Source: Pseudomonadota bacterium (GTDB lineage Bacteria > Pseudomonadota > Gammaproteobacteria > Steroidobacterales > Woeseiaceae). From it: a stretch of 64,000 nt of DNA. Positions 31,910 through 41,796 of the stretch are shown here, piece by piece; the stretch's first letter is position 1; every line of letters begins with the position of its first letter. The notes under the pieces were generated by a model that was not told the DNA's origin, did no database searches, and was given only the letters and a program-made list of their open reading frames with translations. The position numbers were made by a program, and so were the translations under genes. The stretch spans positions 42,607 to 106,606 of the forward strand of contig JBCCEH010000007.1 in NCBI GenBank assembly GCA_039030375.1, in the 5' to 3' direction.

Positions 31910-33145
31910 ATGACGGATAAGTACAACAAACCCCGGCTACGCTTTTTCGAGGAATCGACCTCGCAGCGCCATATCATGGACGGTGATCGTTATATTTATC
32001 GCCGCAATGACGAGGCGCGCTATCGTTTTGTAATCCTCGGCACCGGCACCATTGGACAAGAGCATATGCGGGTCACGCACATGCTCGGTAGTGCCACGGT
32101 ACATGGCATTTACGATCGATCTGAGCACAGCATGGCGATCGCGGCACAAGAATATGCAAAGTACGCCGACAATGAGCTGATCCAATACGAGAGTGTCGAA
32201 GCGGCTTGTGCTGACCCGGACGTTGACGCACTGTTGATTTGTACACCGAACTATACGCACATCGACGTTCTGGAAACGGCCGCTGCATGCGGCAAGCCGG
32301 TATTGCTAGAAAAACCAATGGCAACCACGATCGAGGATGCTCGGCGCATTATAGAAATCGCCGAGCAGCACGCTAGTTTTATTCAAGTGGGTTTGCAGTA
32401 CCGTTACAAAGCGCCCTATGTCGAAGCTCGGCATGAGGCGCTAGAGCGCGTCGTATTAGGTGATATCAAAACGATCAGCATGAGCGAGTACCGCCCACCG
32501 TTTCTCGACAAAGTGGATCAGTGGAACAAGTTTTCGGAATTTACCGGCGGCACACTGATTGAAAAATGCTGTCACTACTTCGACCTAATGAATCTGTTCG
32601 CTAAGACTCGCCCAGCATTCGTCTATGCGAGCTCCGGACAAGCCGTGAATTTCCGTGATTTTGAACGTGACGGCCGTGTCAGTGATATCGACGATCATGC
32701 CTTTGTGGTCATCGACTACGACAACGGTGTGCGCGGCAATTTCACTCTGAATATGTTTTCGCCGCACTTCTATGAAGAGCTGATCGTGTGCGGCGACCAG
32801 GGCCGCTTGGTCGCCAGTGAGCGCTTCGATTTTTTAACCGACGATGTCGCGCGGTCGAGTATTCACGTGGAGTTGGGAGAAGACGGAAGTTCGCGAACTA
32901 CCGACGTGGGCTACGCCCGCCCCATCGAACAAAGTGGTCATCATGGCGCGACGTTCTTCGAACACGTGGAATTCGTAAAACAGCTTGACGGCAAGAGCAC
33001 CTCGGCGGCAACGCCGATTGAGGGACTGTGGTCGATTATTGTTGCCGCCGCTGCACAGGAGTCCGCTGATACAGGACAACGTGTCGATATTGCGAACTTC
33101 CTTAAGCAACACCAGCTCACCGATCTAATGGACGCCAAACGATAG
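31910..33145 (+). CDS. Gfo/Idh/MocA-family NAD(P) oxidoreductase
   Basis: 411 aa. Rossmann ..FVILGTGTIGQEH.. and the EKP motif (LLEKPMAT). Confidence 0.85.
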   Translation: MTDKYNKPRLRFFEESTSQRHIMDGDRYIYRRNDEARYRFVILGTGTIGQEHMRVTHMLGSATVHGIYDRSEHSMAIAAQEYAKYADNELIQYESVEAACADPDVDALLICTPNYTHIDVLETAAACGKPVLLEKPMATTIEDARRIIEIAEQHASFIQVGLQYRYKAPYVEARHEALERVVLGDIKTISMSEYRPPFLDKVDQWNKFSEFTGGTLIEKCCHYFDLMNLFAKTRPAFVYASSGQAVNFRDFERDGRVSDIDDHAFVVIDYDNGVRGNFTLNMFSPHFYEELIVCGDQGRLVASERFDFLTDDVARSSIHVELGEDGSSRTTDVGYARPIEQSGHHGATFFEHVEFVKQLDGKSTSAATPIEGLWSIIVAAAAQESADTGQRVDIANFLKQHQLTDLMDAKR

Positions 33146-33159
33146 GACAACGAACTAGA

Positions 33160-34146
33160 ATGACCACAGCAACAGATACAATACGGGTCGGTAACCTGCA
33201 GATGCCGACCGTCGGCCTCGGGCTTTGGAAAATCGATCCGCATGATGCCAGTCAAGCAGTGGTCGATGCGGTCAATGCTGGTTATCGGCATCTGGATTCA
33301 GCAGCAGACTATGGCAATGAGGCCGAGGTCGGCGACGGCATACGTACGGTTCTTCAGTCCGGCCAGTGCACGCGTGACGATTTATGGATCACCTCAAAAC
33401 TCTGGAACACCTATCATCGCCACGAACACGTGCGGCCCGCGTGCGAGAAAACGCTACGCGATCTGGGCGTCGATTACCTCGATCTCTACCTGATTCACTT
33501 TCCCATATCGCTCAAGTTCGTTGATTTCGAGACGCGCTATCCGGCGGAATGGTTTTATGATCCGGATGCAGCGGAACCGAAGATGGAACTGGACTTCGTT
33601 CCACTCGCCGAAACTTGGGCAGCTATGGAAGAACTGGTCGATGCCGGCCTGGTTCGCGAAATTGGAGTCTGCAACTATACCTCCGGCTTGATGCTCGATC
33701 TGTTTGCTTACTCGCGTATCAAGCCCGCCATGCTGCAGATCGAATCACACCCGTTCCTAACGCAAGAAAACCTGCTTCGACTGATGAACGACCTAGGTGT
33801 CGCAGTTACCGCCTTCTCGCCACTGGGTGCGTTGTCTTACGTTCAACTGGATATGGCCACCGACGCTGACACGGTTTTGACCGCACCAGCAGTAGTGAGC
33901 GCCGCCCAACGAACCGGCAAAACACCCGCACAGGTGGTGCTGCGTTGGGGTGTGCAACGGGGTACCTCGATCATTCCAAAAACAACCAAACCGGAGCGGC
34001 TGAGCGAGAACATCGCGCTGTTTGATTTCGAGCTCAGCACGGAAGAGATGCATGCCATCTCAGCGCTCAATCAGAATCGGCGATTCAACGACCCCGCCGA
34101 ATTCTGTGAGCAAGCCTTTAACACCTTCTGCCCCATCTACGATTAA
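33160..34146 (+). CDS. aldo/keto reductase (xylose/aldose-reductase-like)
   Basis: 328 aa. AKR motifs GYRHLDSAADYGNE, ..SKLWNT.., ..IPKT.. Confidence 0.9.
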   Translation: MTTATDTIRVGNLQMPTVGLGLWKIDPHDASQAVVDAVNAGYRHLDSAADYGNEAEVGDGIRTVLQSGQCTRDDLWITSKLWNTYHRHEHVRPACEKTLRDLGVDYLDLYLIHFPISLKFVDFETRYPAEWFYDPDAAEPKMELDFVPLAETWAAMEELVDAGLVREIGVCNYTSGLMLDLFAYSRIKPAMLQIESHPFLTQENLLRLMNDLGVAVTAFSPLGALSYVQLDMATDADTVLTAPAVVSAAQRTGKTPAQVVLRWGVQRGTSIIPKTTKPERLSENIALFDFELSTEEMHAISALNQNRRFNDPAEFCEQAFNTFCPIYD

Positions 34147-34158
34147 TCGAACACCGCT

Positions 34159-35160
34159 ATGAAAATCACAATTAATGAAGACGTTGTGCTCGAAGGCCAA
34201 CAATTTCACCCAGAGTCTTTCCCGCATGTCATTGCGATGCAACCTTCCGCTGCAACGCTAGAGGATGTGAGAGCGTGGATCCAGACAGAGAAGTCGAACT
34301 TGCTCGACAGATTAGCGCTGCATGGCACGCTGCTGTTTCGCGGTTTTCCGTTGGCCGGTGCCGACGATTTCGATGCCTTCATCCGCGCGTTTGACCTGGA
34401 CAGCTTCACCTATGAAGAGTCGTTATCTAATGCGGTGAGAATTAATAAGACCGACCTTGTCTTCACCGCTAATGAAGCACCGCCGGAAGTATCCATTTTT
34501 CTACATCATGAAATGGCACAGACTCCGTTATTTCCATCGCGTCTGTTCTTCTATTGCGAACAAGCGCCAACGACGGATGGACAGACCCCGCTGTGCCGGT
34601 CTGACGTTCTGCTAGATCAGATCGAGCAGGAGCTACCCGAGTTTGTCGAAAAGTGTGTTCACAACGGTGTTCGCTACTCGAACATCATGCCGGGCCACGA
34701 TGATCCGGAGTCCGGACAAGGACGCAGCTGGCGATCAACTCTCGGCGTGACGAGCAAAAGTGAGGCCGAGTCGTTTCTCGATAAGCGTGGCTATCGCTAC
34801 GAATGGTTAGCAAACGAGGTATTGCGAGCCACCACCGCAGCGATGCCGGCGGTGCGGACGCTGCAAGATGGTCGGCGAGTGTTCTTCAATCAGCTCATAG
34901 CCGCATTTCGCGGCTGGAGCGTCGCACCGAATGATTCGCGCAAAGCGATTTGTTTTGGTGATGACTCGGATATCCCGACCGATGCGATGCAGCGTGTTAG
35001 CGACCTGGCGGATGACTTATCGTTCGATGTCGCTTGGCAAACCGGTGACGTTGCGCTGGTCGACAACTTTCTGGTCATGCATGGTCGACGTCCGTTCTCC
35101 GGAAAACGTTGCGTGCTGGTGTCGCTAGTATCCGATGACGGGTCACGCCTGGCCGCCTAA
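34159..35160 (+). CDS. TauD/TfdA-family Fe(II)/2-oxoglutarate dioxygenase
   Basis: 333 aa. HxE-type site (FLHHEMA) and distal His (LVMHGRRPF). Confidence 0.75.
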   Translation: MKITINEDVVLEGQQFHPESFPHVIAMQPSAATLEDVRAWIQTEKSNLLDRLALHGTLLFRGFPLAGADDFDAFIRAFDLDSFTYEESLSNAVRINKTDLVFTANEAPPEVSIFLHHEMAQTPLFPSRLFFYCEQAPTTDGQTPLCRSDVLLDQIEQELPEFVEKCVHNGVRYSNIMPGHDDPESGQGRSWRSTLGVTSKSEAESFLDKRGYRYEWLANEVLRATTAAMPAVRTLQDGRRVFFNQLIAAFRGWSVAPNDSRKAICFGDDSDIPTDAMQRVSDLADDLSFDVAWQTGDVALVDNFLVMHGRRPFSGKRCVLVSLVSDDGSRLAA

Positions 35161-35231
35161 TTTAGAATTTAGCAGCAAAAGAAAAGGCCGGCACTCGAAG
35201 AGTACCGGCCTTTAATCTTGTAGCGACTGAA

Positions 35232-37637
35232 CTACTTGTCGAAACTATACCCGACCTGCACACCGTAGGTACGCGGCGCGCCGTAGTTTGCGAACGTCCA
35301 AAGAACACCAACCGCCTGGGCCGCCGTCTTGTAACGATCGTCACTCAGGTTCTTGCCAAAGACTGACGCGTACCAAGTGTCATCCGCACTCGTCCAAGTA
35401 AGACTCGCGTTGAAAATATCGCGCGAATCCAGAACCGTATCGAATTGCGACCCGAGATCGTCATTGTAGTAATAGACGTTGTCGTCTTCATGGTTGTAGT
35501 TCAGGTTGAAGCGTAGACCGGCGCCCGACCCCAACTCCGTGTCGTAGGTCAGGTCAACACCAGCCGTTAGCTCCGGCGAACGGACAACGTCACGACCTGA
35601 CAGGTCATCGGGGGGCGTCAGAGGATCGTTGTCGCGGTCGAGCAGGAACTCGTTGTACTCCGCGTCTAACGTACCAACGTTAGCGCGTAGTGAGAGGTTA
35701 TCAGTGAATTGATACCACAACTCCAGCTCCAGACCCGATGCGTCCACGTCCGCAGCGTTAAAGGTACGTGTTTCCTGGAATGCAGTACCAGGAACCGATA
35801 CCACTGTACTGCGCTGGAAGTCTTCGTAATTGACCGAGAAGTAGGTGGCGTTTAGACGGCCTCGACCGTCTGCGAAATCGGTCTTCAAACCAATTTCGTA
35901 ACTATCAGCAAATTCTGGATCGTAAGAGCTGACCGGGAAGTTGCCGAATCCACCTGAACCCGCTTGGTCGTTGTAGCCCCCGGATTTGAAACCGCGAGCA
36001 TAGGTGAAGTACGTGAAAACGTTATCGGTTGCTTGATACGACGCGGTAACCCGATAGGTCGGTTCTTGCCACGACTCCTTGTCGGTCTGCACCAGGCCCG
36101 GCAGCAACGAAAAGTCCTGGCCGTCGAGCGGTTCGCGATAACCACCTGGGAACAGAACTGCCGCGGGGACGCCTTCGCGTGCAATATAGTCTTTCTCTTC
36201 ATCGGTATAACGTGCACCAAGACCCAATGAGAATTGATCGGTCAAGTCGATGGTGACATCGGCGAAAAAGGCGACTGCAGATGCGTCCTGCGCGTTACAC
36301 AGCAACAGCGGATTTTCGTTATCCAACACGCCGGGGACGGCCGAACCGAAGAACTCAAGCAAGCCCAGCTGCTGTTCGACGCAAAATTCGACGTCGTTGG
36401 TTTGATAGAACAAACCGCCGACCCAGTTGACGTTGCCGTCTAGGTCAGACGCAATGCGCACTTCAGCTTGGAAGGTTTCACGATCGTCATCACGACTGGC
36501 TGAGAAAAAGCTTTCGTACGGCGTGCCCAAGTACTCATTGGGCAAACGTGAATCCTGTTCGCGATAACCGAGCAATCCGTACACCGTGTGATTATCGAGT
36601 TCGTACTCAAGATTCAAATACGCACCGAACACATCGACTTCTTGATCGTTATTCAAACCGACGACAGCGCTGTTGTGGATACCGGCCTGATCGATCGGAT
36701 CACCATTTGCGACGCCAGGGAAACCGAACAACGTCGCCAACTGGCCGGCTGCTGCCGGGGTAACGTTGACCACGGGCACAGGGTCAGAACGATCTTGAAT
36801 CACTTCCAACTGACCCATGACGGTTAAGCGATCGTTGGGTTGCACCAACAGCTTAGCGCGTGCCGACAAAATGTCTTTCCCACCAACGTTATCGCCATTA
36901 CCCGCCACCGGCGCGCCGGCTGAGAATTGCGGGTCGACCAAACCGGTACCGAAGACGTCGGTCGGGGTGTCGACCTTACCGTTTTCATAATAGCCATCGC
37001 TTTGCTGGTACAACGCTGCAAAACGTAACGCTGCGGTGTCGCCGATCGGGAAGTTGGCGGCTAGATTCACCTTGGTGTCGTCGAAGGATGCGAGCTGCAG
37101 GCTGGCATCAAAGCTAGTTGACTCGAGCTCAGGACGTTTGGTGCGCACTACCACAGCACCGGAGGTGGTGTTCTTACCGAACAACGTGCCTTGCGGACCG
37201 CGCAGCACTTCGATGGCCTCAATGTCGAAGGGTTCGAGTAGCTGTGTCTGTACGTGTGGCACCACGAAGTCATCAACAATTACACCGACTTTCGGATCGA
37301 AGTACACGATGATGTCGGTTTCAGCGGCGCCACGCATGCCAAAGGAAGCGGCGTTAAATCCGGTTACCGTAGCTGCGGTAAATCCGGGCACGTAGGTCGC
37401 CACTTCGCCGATATCCTGTGCAAATAGCTGGCTGAATTCCGCCTCGCTCACGGCTGATACCGCAACCGGCGTTACCTGCAGGTCGGTTTCCGCACGGCGA
37501 GTTGCCGTGACTGTGATTTCTTCGAGCTGCTGCGCCGCGACCATACCTGGTGCGGTCAGCGTGCCGATTGCGAGCAACACAGCGAACACTGATACGCCCG
37601 CCGAACCAAATAAAACTTGGGTAAACCGTGTTTGCAT
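35232..37637 (-). CDS. TonB-dependent receptor
   Basis: 801 aa. Signal peptide, plug (..LEEITVTATRRAETDLQVTPVAVSAV..), C-terminal ..VGYSFDK*. Confidence 0.9.
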   Translation of the reverse strand: MQTRFTQVLFGSAGVSVFAVLLAIGTLTAPGMVAAQQLEEITVTATRRAETDLQVTPVAVSAVSEAEFSQLFAQDIGEVATYVPGFTAATVTGFNAASFGMRGAAETDIIVYFDPKVGVIVDDFVVPHVQTQLLEPFDIEAIEVLRGPQGTLFGKNTTSGAVVVRTKRPELESTSFDASLQLASFDDTKVNLAANFPIGDTAALRFAALYQQSDGYYENGKVDTPTDVFGTGLVDPQFSAGAPVAGNGDNVGGKDILSARAKLLVQPNDRLTVMGQLEVIQDRSDPVPVVNVTPAAAGQLATLFGFPGVANGDPIDQAGIHNSAVVGLNNDQEVDVFGAYLNLEYELDNHTVYGLLGYREQDSRLPNEYLGTPYESFFSASRDDDRETFQAEVRIASDLDGNVNWVGGLFYQTNDVEFCVEQQLGLLEFFGSAVPGVLDNENPLLLCNAQDASAVAFFADVTIDLTDQFSLGLGARYTDEEKDYIAREGVPAAVLFPGGYREPLDGQDFSLLPGLVQTDKESWQEPTYRVTASYQATDNVFTYFTYARGFKSGGYNDQAGSGGFGNFPVSSYDPEFADSYEIGLKTDFADGRGRLNATYFSVNYEDFQRSTVVSVPGTAFQETRTFNAADVDASGLELELWYQFTDNLSLRANVGTLDAEYNEFLLDRDNDPLTPPDDLSGRDVVRSPELTAGVDLTYDTELGSGAGLRFNLNYNHEDDNVYYYNDDLGSQFDTVLDSRDIFNASLTWTSADDTWYASVFGKNLSDDRYKTAAQAVGVLWTFANYGAPRTYGVQVGYSFDK

Positions 37638-37760
37638 TGGGGCCCCCCTCCAACGGTTTTTCGGATTTGTGTGTACTGATGCTCAACTATCCGCAAAAAA
37701 AAGTCAAGCACGATTGTTTTTTTTAGGCCGCAACCATATACCGCTAAGTCATTGTTTTTA

Positions 37761-39635
37761 TTAGTTACTGCTGCTTGGACCGAAAGCTAGCAAGACATTT
37801 CCTGGCATATGGAAGTACATACCGTAGCCGGACGTCATGTACAGCATGCCGTCATTGACGACCGGCCCGCTGCTACCGCCAATGGAGCCACCCAGGCCTT
37901 TCGCGCCACCCAGCGCGTCGTACTCACGCGCGGTATCGAACTGCCACAGCACTTCGCCGCTGTCAGTATCGTAGGCACGCAATACACCATCCATCGCGCC
38001 GGCAAACACCGCCGACGAGGTTGTTGTTGCCGGCGCTGAAATTCCAGGATCGCAGTCGGCACGATCGCCGCACTGGTTTTCGTGTGGCGTATGCCAAAGC
38101 ACCTCGCCGGTCGCTGCATCGAGCGCAAACATACCCGGTCGTGCCGGCAGTTCGTGTTCCTGGTCGTCGTCAAAATCCGAAATCGGTGCGAAGACAACGC
38201 CATTAGCCGCCGCCATACCAAAATGAATGCCGGCCTGAATGCCACCACGACCGAGTCGATTGCGCCACACCAATTCGCCGGTTGCCGGGTCGATACCAAA
38301 CGCTTCACCGGATTTTTGCCCGGCCACCAGGCGTACGCCATCGTCGGTGTCCACCAGCATCGTACCGGCACCAAAATCGTAGTCCGGTCCATCTTCTTCG
38401 GGACAGTTCTCTCGCGCGTCCGGCATCATGCAGGCCACGTTCCAAGCATCGTTGGCGGTTGCCTGGAACACCCATTGCTTTTCGCCGGTGGCGAGATCCA
38501 TCGCCATGATGGCATCACTGTTCCCTTCGGCGGGGCTGGAATAGTTTTCACCGGTTCCGACGTACAACCAGCCGCGCGCCTCATCGACACTCGGGCTGTT
38601 CCAGATTGGTGCACCCGACGGCGCAATGATCGGTGTGCCGACGGATGTCTCACCGACATTTTTGCCGTCGCCATCAACGGTGTGTTGTTTCCACAAAATC
38701 GTGCCGTCGCTCGCATCGAGTGCCATCACCGCACCGCGGAACGTGCAGCACGGATAATTCGGGTCCGCCGCTGAGGTCACTTCCAATGATGAAATCGGTA
38801 CCAACACGCGGTCACCGGCTAACGTTGGCGTACCGGTAATCGTCGCATTGGCGTGATCATCGACTTTCACCGACCACAACAATTCGCCGGTTAATGCATC
38901 AATCGAGTACGCACGCGCCAATAGGTCGCCGAAGAAAAGTTGTGGCCGCGCGTTGGTATCGCCAGCCTCCCAAGACTGCACCACGATTGCGGTCCGAACT
39001 TCGGCTGACGCACGGAATGTCCAACGTAAACATCCGCTCTTCTGGTTAAGTGCGTATACGGTGCCGTCCTGACTGCCGACGAACAGCGAGCCGCCGGCAA
39101 TGCCTGGCTCCGACCTCGCCCGCAATGCATTCGGGAACGCCATCGTCCATTTGAGTTCCAGCGACTTAATACCATCTTTGTCCAAACCCGCGGCCGCGTC
39201 GCTAACGTAGCGGTTGCTATTGAGGCTGACGCCCCAGCCTGTGGAGTGTGGCGGACGGTCGAAATCAAACTCGGCATCCTCGGCGGAACACGCGGGCGGC
39301 AACGCCGGAGCGTTGTACGCGTCGATGCTGCCACCGGCCAAATACTCTGCAACGGCTCGCTTCTGCGCATCATCGAGGACTGCCGATTGAGCCTGCATGA
39401 TGCCTTCCTGCATCGAGTTATAAATCGCATCGGGTGCCATCATCTGCAAGAACATCTTGTGCGGTGCTTTTGCGACACCGCCTTCATGACAGTGCGAACA
39501 ATTTTGTTGGTACACGGCCTCACCGGCCGGAGCCTCAATCGTTGCAACCGGTTCCGCTTCAGCGGGCGTTTGTGACTCATTGCTGCATCCCATCAACAAC
39601 AATGCAATCACGCTCAATTGGAATACAGCGCGCAT
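37761..39635 (-). CDS. lipoprotein with an N-terminal c-type cytochrome domain and a PQQ-like beta-propeller (quinohemoprotein-dehydrogenase-like)
   Basis: Start trimmed to MRAVFQLSVIALLLMGC (lipobox), 1 nt after the E2 stop. CSHCH heme motif and repeated propeller-type W/G segments. Confidence 0.75.
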   Translation of the reverse strand: MRAVFQLSVIALLLMGCSNESQTPAEAEPVATIEAPAGEAVYQQNCSHCHEGGVAKAPHKMFLQMMAPDAIYNSMQEGIMQAQSAVLDDAQKRAVAEYLAGGSIDAYNAPALPPACSAEDAEFDFDRPPHSTGWGVSLNSNRYVSDAAAGLDKDGIKSLELKWTMAFPNALRARSEPGIAGGSLFVGSQDGTVYALNQKSGCLRWTFRASAEVRTAIVVQSWEAGDTNARPQLFFGDLLARAYSIDALTGELLWSVKVDDHANATITGTPTLAGDRVLVPISSLEVTSAADPNYPCCTFRGAVMALDASDGTILWKQHTVDGDGKNVGETSVGTPIIAPSGAPIWNSPSVDEARGWLYVGTGENYSSPAEGNSDAIMAMDLATGEKQWVFQATANDAWNVACMMPDARENCPEEDGPDYDFGAGTMLVDTDDGVRLVAGQKSGEAFGIDPATGELVWRNRLGRGGIQAGIHFGMAAANGVVFAPISDFDDDQEHELPARPGMFALDAATGEVLWHTPHENQCGDRADCDPGISAPATTTSSAVFAGAMDGVLRAYDTDSGEVLWQFDTAREYDALGGAKGLGGSIGGSSGPVVNDGMLYMTSGYGMYFHMPGNVLLAFGPSSSN

Positions 39636-39636
39636 A

Positions 39637-40782
39637 TCACCCCCCAGTGTTTTGCAAGCAGTCCGCCAATGTTTGTAAAAATCGTGCGCCGTCCGCACCG
39701 TCAATAACGCGATGATCAGCGGACATCGTCACTTTCATATGCCCATCCACCGCTGCGCCGACGGCAAGAATCGCCGCCTGCGGCGGATTGATAATCGCCG
39801 TAAATGATTCGATACCCAGCGCACCCAAATTCGACACGGTAAAGCCGCCGAGCTCGAGGTCGCTTGCGCTCAATTGATTGCTGCGCGCCTTGTCGGCGAT
39901 CGCCGCAGCGGCGGTCGTAATCTCGCTTAGACTCTGCGACGCAACATCGCGTAGCAGCGGCGCACTTAGCCCATTCTCAGTGTCGACCGCCATGTTGATG
40001 TCTACGCTGTCGAAGGATTGAACGCCGTTGTCCACCACATGGCAATTCACGTTCGGATGTTTGACCAGCGCCGCGGCAATCGCCTTAAGAAGAATTGCAT
40101 TCAACGACACGCTCGACGATTTCTGCGCTAGCGCCGCAGTGACGTCGATGGATCGCGTCAGATAGTAGTGCGGTATATCTTGTTTCGACTGGGTCAGCCG
40201 ACGTGCAATCGTCTGCCGGCGGCTACTCATTGCTGTAACCGTCGGCGCCTCTGTCGACGAACCGGCACTCGCGGCAGCGACTTCGACATCCTCTTTGGAA
40301 ATTCGACCGTTACGGCCGGTGCCCACGACCGCGCTGAGATCGACACCAAGCTCTTTCGCTCGCCGTTTTGCCACCGGACTAACGCGAATATTGCCACCGG
40401 ACGATGCGGGCGCTGCCGGTGGCGCCGCTTCGGCGGCCGGCGCTACTGACGCCTCTTCATCATCGATACCGAAACTCGCGTCGGCAGGGACAAAGTCTTT
40501 AACGAACGCATCAATGGCTGCATCGTCAACATCCGCGGCGGTTGCGATCACGCCCAATAATTCGCCGACCTTCAGCGTGTCGCCTTCTGCCACCAAATGA
40601 CGACAAACGACACCGTCGACCGGCGCTTCCATAGAGTTCACGATCTTGTCGGTCTCAATATCGATTAGCTCGTCACCTTTCGTGACTGCGCCACCAATCT
40701 CAATCTGCCACGCGGTGATCGTTCCTTCCTGCATTTCGATACCCCATTTCGGCATCGTAATCGGATACAGCGCATCAGCCAT
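39637..40782 (-). CDS. dihydrolipoamide acyltransferase E2 (AcoC-like)
   Basis: Lipoyl domain (..IETDKIVNSMEAP..), Ala/Pro linker, catalytic ..DHRVIDGADGARF.. Start ATG overlaps the E1-beta stop (ATGGCTGA). Confidence 0.9.
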   Translation of the reverse strand: MADALYPITMPKWGIEMQEGTITAWQIEIGGAVTKGDELIDIETDKIVNSMEAPVDGVVCRHLVAEGDTLKVGELLGVIATAADVDDAAIDAFVKDFVPADASFGIDDEEASVAPAAEAAPPAAPASSGGNIRVSPVAKRRAKELGVDLSAVVGTGRNGRISKEDVEVAAASAGSSTEAPTVTAMSSRRQTIARRLTQSKQDIPHYYLTRSIDVTAALAQKSSSVSLNAILLKAIAAALVKHPNVNCHVVDNGVQSFDSVDINMAVDTENGLSAPLLRDVASQSLSEITTAAAAIADKARSNQLSASDLELGGFTVSNLGALGIESFTAIINPPQAAILAVGAAVDGHMKVTMSADHRVIDGADGARFLQTLADCLQNTGG

Positions 40783-41785
40783 TGCAGACATCCTGAATTG
40801 CCGCTGCGATATCGCCAGGACCCGGCATGTACGCACGTTCGAGTTCGCGCGCGAACGGCACCGGCGCATGCGGCGCGGTCACCAACTTGATTGGCGCCCG
40901 CAAACTACCAAACGCTTCGGAAGCAACGATGCCGGCGATGTCTGACGCAACACTGCACCGCGGTGGCGATTCATCGACGATCACCAACCGACCGGTATGC
41001 TCAAGACTTTCGAAAATGGTATCGGTATCCAGCGGCGACAGCGTGCGCGGATCGATCAGGTCGCAGGTGATACCGCTGGCTGCCAGACCATCAATCGCTT
41101 TTTCAGCAAACACGACCATTCGGCCCATGGCAACGACGGTGCAGTCGTCACCTTCTCTTGGCATCGCCGCCTCACCGAACGGCACCAAGTGCTCACCGTC
41201 CGGAACTTCACATTTGCGGTTGTACAGAGCCTTGTGTTCGAAGAACACGACTGGATCGTCGTCGCGGATCGCTGTCTTCAATAGACCTTTGGCATCGGCC
41301 GCGTTCGACGGCACCACGACTTTCAGTCCGGGAACGCCGGTCAGAATCGGATAGATGGTTTGCGAGTGCTGTGCGCCCATGTTCATACCCGCACCCATGG
41401 CAGTACGAATGACCAGCGGACAACGCGTTTTACCACCGAACATGTAGCGGAACTTTGCCGCCTGATTGTAGATCTGGTCCATGCAGACGCCGACGAAATC
41501 CGCAAACATGATCTCCGAAATCGGGCGAAGCCCGGCGAGGGCCGCGCCCGCACCTGCACCGATAATGGCCGATTCAGAAATCGGCGTATCGATTACACGG
41601 TCCTCACCAAACTCAAATATCAAACCTTTACTCACGCCGAAGATGCCGCCGGATGCATCGCGCTCGCCGGAGGTACCGCCGGCGCCGCCGGATACATCCT
41701 CACCCAGAATGATGACGCGTTCATCACGCCGCATTTCCTCGAACATCGCATCGTTCAAGGCCTGACGAAAAGTCGTTTCAGTCAT
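40775..41785 (-). CDS. 2-oxoacid (acetoin/pyruvate-type) dehydrogenase E1 beta subunit
   Basis: 336 aa, transketolase-like pyrimidine-binding and C-terminal domains. Confidence 0.9.
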   Translation of the reverse strand: MTETTFRQALNDAMFEEMRRDERVIILGEDVSGGAGGTSGERDASGGIFGVSKGLIFEFGEDRVIDTPISESAIIGAGAGAALAGLRPISEIMFADFVGVCMDQIYNQAAKFRYMFGGKTRCPLVIRTAMGAGMNMGAQHSQTIYPILTGVPGLKVVVPSNAADAKGLLKTAIRDDDPVVFFEHKALYNRKCEVPDGEHLVPFGEAAMPREGDDCTVVAMGRMVVFAEKAIDGLAASGITCDLIDPRTLSPLDTDTIFESLEHTGRLVIVDESPPRCSVASDIAGIVASEAFGSLRAPIKLVTAPHAPVPFARELERAYMPGPGDIAAAIQDVCNG

Positions 41786-41796
41786 CGGTGTCAGCC

